Of a stretch of DNA of 64,000 nucleotides, positions 24,291-38,126 are shown piece by piece. The stretch spans positions 5,874,303 to 5,938,302 of the forward strand of contig CM082582.2 of NCBI GenBank assembly GCA_040954595.2. Reading direction: 5' to 3'. Both the position numbers and the translations under genes were made by a program. The stretch's first letter is position 1; each line of letters begins with the position of its first letter. Source of the stretch: Balanoglossus misakiensis. Taxonomy: Eukaryota; Animalia; Hemichordata. The notes beneath the pieces were generated by a model. The model did no database searches. It saw only the letters and a list, made by a program, of their open reading frames with translations, and had not been told where the DNA came from.

Positions 24291-27200
24291 ATGGTAAGTA
24301 CTCCTCAACAATGTGACGTTCCTGTATGTTTGTGCCGATTTTCTCACTGATCACGACGCGTGAATATGATGGGCACTGACGTGGCAAACCAGCTTACAGA
24401 ATGTACATGTAGTTGACACGAGAGAATATCGCTTGTAATATTGCCCACGAAGTCCACACGGAGTGGTAGATGTGCAAATTGCTGTCAAGACGATGCGGCG
24501 TCAGCCCGGTTGCTTGGGTCCCTGGCCACGACTCTTCTACGCGTCCATGGTTCTTCTGATATCCGGAACCAACCTAGCTCAGTAGCTGCAATGATTGTAA
24601 GAGTAGCGAGTGCTGGTAAGTGGGCGATGTTGATCGTAGCACTACTGTCAACCTAGCAGCACCCTCTACAATCATATTGCAGTCACTATGCCTTGCTGCA
24701 GTTTTGTAGCCCGACGGCTCCCCATGACGAGTTTTCTTTTGGATGGGGCTCATGCACTTACAATGTGGACAAACAGTGCATCTGAAACATTGCTTTTACA
24801 TGTACTTTCTGTGGGTTGTCTTTTTGTGCAGGATTTCTCCAAATTTTTAGACGATGGATTTGATGTCAAAGATTGGGTCAACTCTGCTTTTCGAACTCAG
24901 AGAGAACCCTCTGAGCAGAAAGATGTAAGTATTCCATTCATGTGGTATGTTCTCCATCAGGAATTTGGCATACTGGTGTAGTTTTCTCATTGCGTGTCAA
25001 ACTCTTCTTTACTGACTGAAATGAAAACTGTATCTTCTTGTTTATTCACCTAGGCATTGGCATCTACCCTTGTGATGAAATTGCAGCTGTTTATACAGGT
25101 ATTGTGGATCAAAGATTTCTACGTGGAAATGTTCTTAATCACCAAAAATTAAACAAACTCACAGACTATCTTTGTAGGCTCTCGGATGCAATATTCCAGT
25201 ACTTCACTTACCATTCACCAATTCACAAACATATGTATGATTCCTATCAGTACTTCATATCGTTATATTATTTCTGAATTTAAATTCTTTGATGTCAGTG
25301 GGGAAAGTTGATTGATTTTTTTTCTTTCACAGACTTATGCAGATCATGAATACAATAATGTTTGTACGTTAAAACGTTACACAGAATTTGATGTTAAACA
25401 GTGGATTGAAAAGTAGTGTACAAGATCTTTGACCCTACCCCTTTATCAAAGGTTAATTAGAATTGACGTTTAATATTCTTTATCCTCGTCATGTCTCATT
25501 CTCAATCATGGTGCAGGAAGTTAACAATTCAATTGAAGAAACCAGCCAACAAGCTCTACAGAATTTACCCCGTGTCTTGCGAGACATAGAAGCAGTCAAA
25601 CAGGAGGCTATTTTGCTTCAAGAACAAATGCAGATGGTGAAAGAGGATATCAAAAAGGTAGGTATCCTAGAGGCCTGTCAATTTATTACCTCAGAACTTG
25701 AATAAGCATGTTGCTGGCATGGGGGTGTTTGACCTCCAATAGTTGACAATATAGCAAGCTTAATACGTACATGTAGCTTGATGATTCGCAAATTCGAATC
25801 TTGACCTTTTTCCAGGTTGAACAAGACACAGCGCAGTCAATGCAGATGCTTCTGGAACTGGATGCCATAAAATCCAGAATGAATGCAGCTTCCACTGCAC
25901 TCAAGGTAAAAGTTGTTTTCTTACAGGAAGCCAATAAATGCATAGCCATATGCAAATTCACTTCACTCTTTGCTGGAAATGCAGTAGAGCTCTCTTAGAG
26001 CTATTTAAATTTGAAGATTAGAATCATGGAAAAATCACTGTTTTATTTCTGTTATTGGTTTTTTTATTGTAAATACCAGGAAGCTGATAACTGGACGACA
26101 TTGATGGCAGATGTGGACGATTTGTTTCAGTGTCAAGACGTACAAGCTGTAAGTGTTACTTTATTATCTCTTTGCTGGAAATGCCAAGTTTAATTGTTCA
26201 GCTGTACATATAGTACAGTGTATGTAAATCTGCTCTATGAGTTTTCAATTTACAACCCTTAATTGTAATATAGTTTTCAGTTGATGCATATGATCAATCC
26301 TTTTCATTGTTAGATTGCCAGGAAGTTACTAGCCATGCAGCGCAGCTTGGTAAGTTGATTTCCATTTTGTTGTTAATCCCCTCAAAATATGTCTCAAAGT
26401 GCCATAGTCTCTGGAAATGCACTTTTTTGAGGTTGTTTGGTTTGGTTACTATTGTCTACCCAATTCCATTTGCTAGTTGACTTCATACAAGTTTCTCAGT
26501 TTGTTATAACCATGCGAAAAAACTTTGCTTTTTGACTATCATCTGATAAACCTGCCTTTTCTCATCCCAGTAACTGGTTTTGTTGTATTTCTCAGAGTTT
26601 ACTGGCACACTGTGGAGACTATGAGGAGAGATCACAGTATTTGGAGACGTTGAAGAATCGTCTAGAAACCTTGATTAGTCCACAGCTGATACGAGCTTTC
26701 AACAATCATTCCCTAGGTATGTATCTTTGTAAATTTAACTAACTGTGTCTCGTGTGCTCTCCCTTGCTTTTCCAGTCTGTTTACTAAATTGATAATTCAG
26801 TTTTAGAAGTTTTGGTCACATGACTTGGTGTACATATCAGCATCTCAGTGCCACATGTGATCAGCCGCAGCACTTTTGACTTTAGTGATCTCATACCGTC
26901 TACGAAATTTCAGTTTTGGAATGAAAATAGTGCGTAAGTCAGAGAATATTGAAACTTGGACAAGCAGAGTGATGATAACGCCTGCTTTTTCCCCCTAAAA
27001 AAACAGATTCAGCGAAGGAATATGTGAGAATCTTCAGTACAATCAACCGACTGCCACAGCTTAATAACTACTACTGCAGATGTCACAAGGTAAATAAGTA
27101 GAAATGCCTTGCTGTATTTACAGTTTTTAACCAAACTGGTAAAAATTCAAAGGTCCTGGTTGTATAGGGGTTGTGAAAATGGCCAGTACTTTTTCAACGG

Positions 27201-30200
27201 AAAATCACAGCAGGTAGTTCTGGACAGCAGATGTCGAGGTACTGGTTTGGTCATTGAGAAAACAAGTTCATAACGTGTGAGGATGTGTAGTATTTTATAC
27301 TGGCATGAAACATCACACATGGCCTTGTCTGATATCAATGTGTTCTCCTGTTTATTCCTTGCAGGCCAACCTAGTTCAGCATTGGCGAAGTCAGTATGAA
27401 TGCAATGCAGATCAGCCGCTGGTTGAGTGGTTGCCCACCTTTTATGACCAGTTAATGTCGGTCTGGCATACAGAGGTAAGTTTTAAAGAAACAAACATAA
27501 GAGACGCTTCGTTCCATCAACATTTTTTCTTTGTCTACTTGGAGAAAAAGAATATGTGAAGAAAATATGTAAGGAATAAAGGTGAATGATAAAAAGTATG
27601 TAAACTATAAAATATGGTCATTTATGGACTCTATAAGCAAGGTATTGGACTTGCGAGAGAGCTTGTCCAGTACCACTGCATACAGGGCACTCATCCAGAC
27701 ATGGCCACATTTTGTGAATAACCCTATAATAATTACATTATTATTCCTAGTATGTCCATTTTCCCAAGCTAAAACACAAAACATCTGTACCAAAATTTCC
27801 TTTTAGGTACAATGGTGTGAACAGGTATTTGATGATGCAGTCCAAGTCGTGTGCAATATGTTAATAGAGACTTTGACAGGATTGGAGCCCCCGATGCAGA
27901 CAGTCTTTGATGGTGCCATGCAGGACTCTCCTCTCTTGGTGCTCATGGATGTGAAAGAGGTAAGGATCTGGTATTTTAAACTCTGGTGGACACGACTATA
28001 CCCCACCCTGGGCGATACCATTATTCTTTAGGGGTGAGGGGTTTGGATATGAGGGTGAGTTTGAATGGGTCATCTGTACAAGTCAGTTTCCCCCCTCTGC
28101 TGTGCTGATAGTCCTTGATGTGTGAAATGCAATGTTTTACTAAATTTTGGCACGATTTAACTCAACAGGTCACCCAAAGATTTTCTGCAAGTCTTCACGG
28201 AGCAATACAACTTGTTTTTGGTAAGAGAGTGTGTCTGAAATATTTGTCAATCAGTTAATGTTGTTTTATCTAACCTTGTTGAAAAACGTAAATCTTCATG
28301 GCCTTTTGTAACTCCTTGCTCAATTTCTGATGCGTAATACTAATGATAGTTTTCTGCGTTGTGATTGGTTGCAGCTGGCGACCATTATGAAGATTATGTA
28401 TATGAGCTGGTAGGCGTCATTCATCAGCCGTATGTGCCTTACCTTTTACAGTACGGAGAATTGGAACAACAGTATCTACTTACCTTATTCAATGACATAC
28501 CAATGGTAAGTAACTTACTTTGTCTATTGATACACCAATGGTAAGTCAGTATGTTTGCTTAATTCTTTTCACCAGAAAATTGTGTATTACGATTTCCTGA
28601 TTGAGTAATTTGATAATTTTACCCACAATGATAAATTCCTTTCCTTCTGTATAGGATCGAACTGAACTGATTGACAATGCCGAAATTCTTGCTGAGTCTA
28701 TCACTAGAATATTCAATCTGATTGAAAAGGTAAGATGCATGTATGATATATTTTATGGGGAAATATCTGCTTGGAGATGACATGCAGATGTCATGCAGGG
28801 AAGTCACGTATTTGTGTAACGTGACCTCTAGGAATCTACCACCCAACAGACAGACAAACTCACTAAATATAATTTGCATTGGATCGAATATTGTTGTACT
28901 CTATTGTATGCATCATGTTTGTTTCAGTTTGATTTATCCTATAATTGCTTTCATCTGAAATATCTTCTTCATATTATAGGCTGTTGAAAGGTGTATGGTC
29001 TTAACAGAGGGATTGGGATCGTGTGGACTTATTAAAGCCATCAAGGTTTGTGTGTGCTTTGCACAGTCCATCCATGTGTTAAAATGTGTTTACTAAATAT
29101 TTTCTCTATATGCAACACCAGTCAACGCTGTGCATTAATATTATTCTAGACTATCCCCGGTAGTTATACATGCCAGTGTTGGTGGTTCCTGCCTTTAAGT
29201 ATAGAGCAATTAGATTTAATAATGCAAGCAATAAAAATACATGAAAAAAAATCATGATGTTTACCAACGTAATTTTAATTTTTTGTTACATTTAATAGGC
29301 ATTGTTTCAGAGTTATTGTTTTGAGTTCACAAGAGTGATAACAAACTTGAGAATCAAAGCAGGGCTGGATTCGCCGTTACCGTCTGTGGCCTCTGTTGAA
29401 ATGACCGAGGATTGGGAGCAGTTTCAACACGCACTCAGAATTATACAGACATTGGGTAGGTCTCGTATCCTACGTATTTTCACAAAAATAATGCAGCATG
29501 TTGCAGCTGGTAGGTTTTTGAAATGTAAATGATTTTGTGAGGAGACCGAATTTGTTTCATGCACGTTATAGTGTGGGGCATTGAGTTATTGATTTTCGGT
29601 CAACATATCGTTAAACATTATCAACTGCTTTAAACTTTTTTTCTTTTAAGGTGACGGTCTCCTACTGACAAGTACGTTTGAAGAAGAAGCATGTAACAAT
29701 ATCGCCAAACATGCTGGTAAATTCTTATCTGAAGTTTACTCACCAAGCAGTCTGACGGCGGGTGACAGGTATTGATGTCATTGGTTTTTTTGCTCAAATC
29801 TCTAATTCCTGTCGTACCACATTCCTTCCAACTGCGATTTATAACTTGGGACCAATTTTCTTTTTATCCGCATTGTTTTCAGTCCTTCCAAGTCTCATGC
29901 CAGCAATCCTTTCAAGGATTTCAATTATCTGAAGAAATCTGATCCAATTCAGTACGCAGAATTTGTTGAACTTGTGGCACTTATCACTGAAGGTAAGTTT
30001 CAGACATTGAAACAGGATTGGAATCATGGCAGAATGGGACAACAGCATTTTGTATGGGAAGTCAGTTCAAACCCAGATTGTCTTTAAATTGTGTGATTAC
30101 CTGCATAATCCCATCTTTCTATGATATCTTAGATAGAACCCTGTATTAAGGCAATCCAGATTTGACCCTCACAAATCAGTGATACTAGTATATTGTGATA

Positions 30201-32510
30201 TGGTAAATCTTTGGGTTTCAGATGTTAACTTTTTATTTCCCTCAAAAATTAATTTTGGGTATACTATGGATGTAGCCATTGTTTGAGCCTCTATCCCCAA
30301 TTGAGGATTTCTGGTGTCATTTTTTTTTCAGGGGGTAAAACTAATATCTTGAGTGATGTGGTCAAACAGTTGGAACAGGTCAATGAAGAAGCTCACAAGT
30401 TTGCATTTGATATTGTGTTTCAACCTCTAAAGGTGCAACTCGCTCATCTGCCAGCCATGGAGGTAAGCTTTGTTTTCTTTTTTTTTTAATAAATTGAAAA
30501 TATTGCAGGCGTTGCCATTTTTAGCTTTACTCCTTCACAACTATACCTGCTGTAACCCCACATTTTCAATACTATGGTTGGAAGAAGCTGAAGTTGTATG
30601 GTAAAATATTCCAAATTGAGGTGTATTCATTCTCACATACATACATGTATTAGTTTGGCACGATTGACATGCTAGCTAGAGGGCACTCTCCACAGTTGGC
30701 TGAATTTCACTTCATGATCTGAGTGTACTTTTTCATGTCTGATTATATACACAGCAATAAGAATTATTACTTTTTCTCACTCTTTGTTCTTTATTAATTT
30801 CTCACTATTATCTAGGTGTGGTCTGCAGAGGCCAGCGGTGCCGCTCTGACTGCAGATTTGCCTGCGTACAGCCTGTCCCCAATGGAGTACATCACAAAGG
30901 TAAAAAGTGGGCGCAGAAAAATGAACTCTATGTCTCTATATCTGATAAAAAGTCTTGCTGCACTCGTGAAAATATTAGTGCAGAATAGTCCACTTTGCCA
31001 GTTGAAATCTTGATGAGACGAACAGGTCAGAATCTTTCTTAGAGCAAATTGCACCCTCCCAAATTTCTCTCAACAGTGTCCATTCCCATAGCATTTACAG
31101 CTGTGCAACTATATGTCTTTTCTGTTTATCACTAGATTGGCCAATACCTAATGACCTTACCACAGCAGTTGGAATCCTTCACAACACAGGATAACTTGGC
31201 ATTAGAGAAAGCTTTACAAATGGGAAAGCTACCATTTCCTGGAGCTCAAGGTAATTGATATGAATCTCTCTGTATCGAAAAGATATTTCTGCATTTCTTT
31301 AATAATATTAAAGGGACAAAGTCTCTCTCTTGCTGCCCTTTTTCCATTTATTATGTTTGATACAAGACACTGTTTATGTTATTCTATAAGTGGATATATA
31401 ATGAATGAACTTTCGACCACACACAACTTTCATCTTGTTTGTAAGATATGAGAGTAAAATTCTCGCAAAATGAATAAATGGTAGAGACCGATTATTCATT
31501 ATGGCGAGTGTTTCACTCTCCTGTCTTTGTCCCTTTAAGTTATAATGAGAGTAGCATCATAAACTAACATTGAGACCAAAGACTATAGTGTGGAACACCC
31601 AGTGCTTTAAATGTGAATTTATTTCTGACATTGTAGGAGTTCACGAGGAGGAGACTGTCGTAGACCAGTGGATTGGGTCCATAGCAAGAGCCACCATGCA
31701 CCAGTATGTGGAACAGATTGTGAAGATCCCACAGGTCACTTCACAGGCCACAAAACAACTGACAACGGATATAGGTAATCACTTGTCATTACTGTTGTCT
31801 GAAATCTCTGTTCAACGTAAAAGTGAATTTTATGACAGACTTTGACCTTTCTGATCATCATCACCAATAAACTGTGCGACTTCTTTGCAAACTTTCTGAT
31901 GATTTGAAAAAAGAAAATAATTTTTTTGAAATCAAAGGTGCTGGTGGCTGTTATCAGTTCATACTTAACCATGTTTTGTTATTTTAGATTACCTGTGCAA
32001 TGTGTTGGACGCATTAGGAATTCCAGCGCTGTCATCACTTACATCGATCAAAACATTACTTGAAACTCCTGTTTCACAGTAAGTGTTTAAATTATCCAAT
32101 CTCTACCCTTACAAAATTATCTTGTAGGAACCCAATAGGACTCCTATTGGACCTTTAGGAGTCTTAGAGAATTCCTATGGGATCCTATAGTATATGTTTG
32201 TAAAGGGTTTTGGCTGTTATGTGATTTCCCCAGTTGGTGACTCAAAACATATTTTGTAATATATAGGGGAGTTTTCTCTACTGCTAACAAGGATTATCAG
32301 CTGGACAATTTTAGACATGCAGTTGTTATTTTCTTTAGAGATGTAGCTTTCCTTTTATCAAGACCACTGTGTCGCTATGGAATATTTACTTTTTTAATTT
32401 CAATAACAAAAAAGCAATATTTGTATCTTATTTTCAGGTATGATGAGCTTGCAGGCGATATTGACAAGAGGCTTATAGATGCTGTTATTGGAATGACTTC
32501 ATCGGAATAA
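24291..32510 (+). CDS. COG7: Conserved oligomeric Golgi complex subunit 7
   Basis: About 24 GT-AG exons give (M)[21 protein letters not shown]..., [84 protein letters not shown] and [17 protein letters not shown]. The stop is TAA at 32508-32510. The start ATG at 24291, directly followed by gtaagt, is inferred. Confidence 0.95.
31312..31534 (+). mobile_element. TTAA-flanked MITE with AGGGACA ends (Kolobok-like)
   Basis: ttaa|agggacaaag ... ctttgtccct|ttaa. A near-identical family member lies at 61634-61855. Confidence 0.85.
32106..32207. mobile_element. Small degenerate TIR element with internal CCTATAGG-like palindromic repeats
   Basis: cccttacaaaa ... tttgtaaaggg, with internal taggactccta and ttcctatgggatcctatag. 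Confidence 0.5.
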
Positions 32511-33114
32511 TGACTGTTACTGGTTGAATAGCTCCATGGTTGAACTTTGACCTTCACACGTGGAATCAACTTCAGCAATCTGAAATGGCATCTCTGAAAT
32601 ATTTTTCTCCAGATGTTATTGTAGTTTTATGTGTGTGACTTCCGTTAACTAGTGAGAATGATGTGACATTTATGTTTGGGCAAAGGAAGCATCTTAAGTC
32701 TTAAGATATTGTCATATTCTGACATTTCAATATTTCAATTACCATCTTACTTGCTTTCTCAAAAATGCATGTATGCTTTACTTGAGAATAGTGTGTAATA
32801 ATTACAACCATGAAATTGGAAGAAATATTCTCTTTTAGGGAAAGTGTTTTTGTAGCTTGTATAATTTTCTGGAAGATGGATTTTTTGGAGGGATTACTCA
32901 ATCATATATGTGATGTTGTATATATTTGACTTGGGAAAATAAAGTCTGTATGGTAAGAAAATAAAGTAGTTTTTGGGTAGTGACTTATATATCCTTCGCT
33001 ATAACTGTAACAGACAGTTGACAAAATTGGTATGGTTCAAATGAAGATGATACATAAGCCAATCAGAGCATTGGATTGAAAGTTGCAGATGTGTCAATAA
33101 GATTGCGTGAACTA

Positions 33115-33224
33115 CAATCCGATTAAAATCAGATGTAGGGAACGGCGACTTGGTTTTTTTTATGCATAAAAAAGCATAAAAAAAAACACGTTGCCATTCA
33201 CTACATCTGATTTTAATCAGATTG
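33115..33224. mobile_element. Foldback MITE, second copy of the 23371 family, with a perfect 10-bp TSD
   Basis: gcgtgaacta|caatccgattaaaatcagatgtaggg ... ctacatctgattttaatcagattg|gcgtgaacta. Confidence 0.9.
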
Positions 33225-33435
33225 GCGTGAACTACTGCTTATACCAGTGAATGGATGTCGTGAATGAACAAGGTGTAGAATAGAAGATATATACAAATAT
33301 ATGCATCATTTGCTTTATAGAATGTTTTTTACAAACACTGTCTTGGCCCCCCTCCCCAATATTGAATAAAACTCCCCTGAAAAGGCATTTCCTCAGTTTT
33401 TTCATGAGAATGACGTGATGATATGATATTGAAGA

Positions 33436-33449
33436 GCGCCCTCATGTGG
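33436..33449 (-). promoter_or_regulatory. CTCF-like motif upstream of URI1
   Basis: The reverse complement ccacatgagggcgc resembles the CCACYAGRKGGCRC consensus and lies just upstream of the putative non-coding first exon (donor at ~33631). Confidence 0.4.
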
Positions 33450-33772
33450 TCAACTTGCAAACCGAAAATGGAGTCTATCACTGTCAGCATGCAGCATGAC
33501 GATCGTAGATGAGGTCCGGAATCGGCGCTCCGGAGCAAGGTATGATCTGGCGAAATATTTTCTCTGCCGTTTGAATATGCTACCAACGTAGCGGGACGTC
33601 GCTGTTCAGTGGGTTCTGTTCACAATCAAGGTAAATTCCGTGGTCTCCTCGTATTGTTATTGTGTACATGCTGTGATTGCTCATTTGCTGCACAAACCAA
33701 AAATAGTGAATTAAACACCAAAAGCCTGTCCCTTTAAATGATTTTTCAGGTTTTCCACAGTCTTAAGGAACT

Positions 33773-36700
33773 ATGGACCCTGCACAAATTGGCAGACTGA
33801 GGGAAGTACTGCAACAAGCAATTGATGACTGCGACCAACGAATACAGCAATGGTAAGTGATTGGTTACACATGCGGCGAAATACCACTAACCTGAGGGGC
33901 CCGATTCAACATAGAAATTGAATCGGGCCCTTTAGGTTAGTGGTATTCCGTCACCTGTGATTGGTTATCTGCATACATACAGCCCTTGTGAGGGCCTGTA
34001 GCTGCTATGCCTGGCTGCAATATTGACTTGGAATGCAGAAAATCTGACTTGGTAATGATCATTTAAGGCTGATCGACACTTGTTTCTAATCATGACATTT
34101 TTGTTTTTGTTTTAGGGAAAAATACCGTGCTGATTACAATGCGTTACAAGAAAGACTGCAAACTTTACCTGATAAAGTTTCTCATGATGTGATGGTGGGT
34201 GCATAAACTGACATGTGTTTTGTCTAATTTTTAATACATATGAAAAATTGCATCATTAAAAGTATTCATAATATCAAAGTCACTACACGACTGTGATAAT
34301 ATGTTTGTATGCAAATGTGAGTGTGGGATGTTTTGGCCAGTTTCAGTAAACTGAACAAGATTAGGCCCTTTAAGCCAACATGACAGACCAGTTTAATGCA
34401 ATAAACTCACTGGTGACATATAAGGCTGGCAGAAAGATATTCCTATAGAACTTCTCAAACTGACCCCAAAGCCTTTACACATTTGTGTTGGTTAGAATGC
34501 AGTGCATGCACACTGCTCAACAATGTGATAAGATTTTCTTTACGTCAAACAAAGTGAGACCTGCAATTTTGTAATAATGAAACCTCTTTTTAAAAAAAAA
34601 TTCTTGCCAGCGCACCAATGAAATTTTCCTTACAATTCACCGTGTCTCTATCTAGGTTCCATTTGGTTCCCTGGCATTTATGCCCGGTAAACTGGTGCAT
34701 ACAAATGAAATCTTGGTACTGCTCGGGGATGACTGGTTTGCGGAAAGATCTGCAAAACAAGCTTGTGAAATAGTGGAGAGACGGAAAAAGAGTAAGTAAT
34801 CAGCCCCACAGAAGTAATGCCAAGTATCCTTACCTGGATTTTTAGATGTAAAAATGTCACCAGATAATAGTAAGCTGCCTATACTTATCACATTTGTACT
34901 TGAATTTCAGACATTGATGAAAATTTACAGAAAGTACTTGAAGAGAAAAAAATGCTGATGGCTAGGGCGGGATTTACTGACAGTATTAGATCAGAGATGG
35001 AATCTGAGGATGTGGTTGATATCAGAGAGGATTATGATGCAGAGAAGGAGAAGAAATGGAGGGGTAGGTAAAATAAAACCTGTCTAAACCGGACACCAAA
35101 GGGACTGGGAATATTGTTCGGTTTGCGAAGGTGTCTGGTTTATAGAGGTTCTTTTAACATGGTTTATATCAATTGGACTGGAAAGGGTGTTTGGTATAGA
35201 CAGATTTCAAGATTATACAGGGTTTTGATTCAGACATGTTTTTAGTAACTAGTGTGGTCAACCAAGGTCAGACAATTCATTAATATGCAATATTCATGTA
35301 CTAAGGTTATGCTTTGAGTCGTCATATGGCTAACCACATCATCCACTGCCAGACTGGATATGATAGCAAAGCCTTCTGAACCACCAACTTCTGATCGATT
35401 CGCAGGCGATAGAAAGAAACGGATTCAGAGAAATTCTGCTGAGGAGACAAAAGACAGCGCTGAAAGAGTGGAATCTAGTAAAGGCAGAAGTGGTGCGGTG
35501 ACCGAGGCAGAACTTTGGGCGAGGCTCGATAAGTTAGAAGCAGAAGAGGACGAGCTTGATGAACTTGCGAAGTATGCATGCCAGAGCTAAATTGCTTGAC
35601 TCAGTGATTATTTCAAGACAATATGCTAATTTTCACCTGAGAGGTCTTATATCTTCGACCAAATACCCTCACTTGCTATTTATAACCTCTAATCAGTTGT
35701 CTTATTCTTGAAATCTCATTGGTTAGGATGTCAGACTTTGAGGAGGAGGAGGAAGATGATGATGATGATGAAGATGATGATGATGATGAAGAGCCAGAAA
35801 AACTGCCAAATTCAAAGAAACACGTCAGCTGGAAAGACCAGGGAGAGAATGGCAACGAAGAGGACATTGAAGAGCCCAATAAAACGATCACATTCAGCTT
35901 CACCAAAGAATCTCAGTCAGCCTCAGTGGAGGAACGCAGACAGGAGGTGAGGAACAAAAATTGGATGTCCTCACCAAAGGGTGCTGTGTCTTTTTATAAT
36001 GTATTTTTATCATTCTGGTGTAACTACGGTACATTTGTGCACAAAATGACAGACATCTTTGAAATTGATATTTGTCAAACTCATTAATAGTCATTTCAGC
36101 ATTAACTGGTCTTTTACCTTCAGTGCCAAATAATCGGCAGTCACAAGGCGAATAAACTTAGAGATGGAAATCATCTTTGTCCCAACATATTCTTGCTGAA
36201 CTGTCTGTCATCATGTACTGTGTGTTTTTGTATAATTTGCAGGAATCCACAGTTTCTGAAGAGCCGTCCACTTCAGAATTTCCACAAATAGAAAGCCCAC
36301 GGGACATTTACAAACACTTTGGGGAAGTTAAGATTTCTGAAAAGCGGGCGGAAAAAGAAGGAGGACCACGTCAGACAGACTCACAAACAGTGAAACCAGC
36401 ATCAATACTGAAACCTGCCAAAGAAACACAGAGGAGCACTCAAGAGAAAGAAAGTCCGGCTCAAATCATGCCAGCTCCAGCATCTGTAAGTTTCTTCTCA
36501 CATGTGGAAGAAAGTCTTTCATGTGACGCATGCCTTTTAGTAATATCTTCCAGTATTGATGCAAGAAGGAGCACCGGCTGACAGAGATGCACCAGTTAGT
36601 TGGTAGTGAAATCCAATATGGCTGACTGGGAAATCCAATATGGCTGCCAGTCAGCCATATTGGAATTGACTTTTTCGTACCAAGAGTACCATGAAGTCCT

Positions 36701-37016
36701 GTACCGTTAACTGACGTATCTCGATGTCATGATGACGACAAAGCACTCAACTTACTAGTATACCCATGTACATCAGTGTTTTGCAATGTGATGCAGTATG
36801 GCCAGAAGCTTTGCCATTTACAGTGAATTTTACAGTCAAATTACAATTACAAATAGAACATAAATTTTCATTTTTGATGTAAATGTTTTGCAGGCGTTTT
36901 TAGGAACAGTTGTGGAAAGAACCAAACCAGCATCTGCATCTCTTGCTGAAGAACCGACAACAGTCCAACCACAGAGGGTCTCCAGATTCAAAGCCTCCAG
37001 ACAAAAGAAGTCATAG
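33773..37016 (+). CDS. URI1: Unconventional prefoldin RPB5 interactor 1
   Basis: Prefoldin domain (DYNALQERLQTLPDKVSHDVMVPFGSLAFMPGKLVHTNEILVLLGDDWFAERSAKQA), ELWARLDKLEAEE, a poly-Asp/Glu tract, IESPRDIY, and the C-terminal URI box AFLGTVVER...RVSRFKASR*. Eight coding exons. Confidence 0.95.
33868..33959. mobile_element. Palindromic MITE with CA...TG ends and an 8-bp TSD (hAT or P-like) in a URI1 intron
   Basis: attggtta|cacatgcggcgaaataccactaacctga...gggcccgattcaa / ttgaatcgggccc...ggttagtggtattccgtcacctgtg|attggtta. Confidence 0.85.
35075..35245 (+). mobile_element. pogo/Tigger-like MITE, copy 2
   Basis: aaacctgtctaaaccggacaccaaagggactg...ggtgtctggtttatagaggttctt matches 18450-18632. Confidence 0.8.
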
Positions 37017-38126
37017 CCTTCAAATAGTGAAAGGAGTTCGGAAAAAAAGTTATCCTCCTCAACTTGTAGCAAACTCAAATGCACCTATTGATGAGATTGT
37101 GAAGAGGTTGGTTTCCTGTGGACTGTCACACCACCTCTTTTGTGCAATCAGTTGATATGTTTCCAGTTTGCTGTTTAGTCATCAAATCATGTCATATGCC
37201 AAGAAACTGTCTTGGCAGGCAAATTATGACGTAGCCATAATTTTCTTTAGATTGAATCATGGCCAGGGATATCAACACGAGAGATTATATTTGTTGTATT
37301 TCATTGTCATCATATGCATAAAAAGTACAAAATGTACTACATTGTATTATGTATTAAACGTTTTCTTTTTCTTTTTCAAATAGTGTCAGACTGCCATTGT
37401 TGTTAAACATACAAGCCATCATAGATGATACTGATGATATATTTGTGCATCTGCTCCCAGATTATGCAAATATGAACTGCGCTGCACACACACAACGTGC
37501 ATTCATAGAAACTGTTGCATCTGAAACATATTTATTAATACATAAAATGAAAGTCACCATAAAGATATAACTTTTGAAGTCACTTGTTTGTTAATGAACA
37601 GCTTGCACTGATACATGGAAATCGACTGAAATCAAGATGCATGTGCATTGAAATCATGTATGTAAAATTATCATGGCACATTGTTTTATTTTATAGTTAG
37701 CAAACTACTATATATATTGCTTGATCTTGGGAGCTTCATCAAACTATACCTTAGTATCGTTCAAGCAGTTGTACAGCAAGTTATATACCCTATTCCCATT
37801 TACTTCTGTCCTTTTCTGTAAAAAAATATTACTTTGTATTGGCTTTCTCTATGGGGTATTTGATCATGAAAATATATGCAAAAGAAACTCTTCAATTTGG
37901 AGCACACCCATTACTTTTTCCAAAAGTTCCACAAATAATTTTGTCCCATGTGCAAAAGACACAAGAGAATCTGTTGGCAAGATTGAGTATTTTGGTACAT
38001 CAAGTACAACTACTTCGACCATTTTCAGAGCATCTGCACCTTAAATATGGCAATGTCACACTTGACGATCACAGATTCTGCGATTTTGAAATGGAAACAT
38101 CACTGATATTGCTTACAACAGTCTGA

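Noticed and set aside
24441-24656. ORF in the first COG7 intron
   Set aside because: No ATG start or recognisable similarity.
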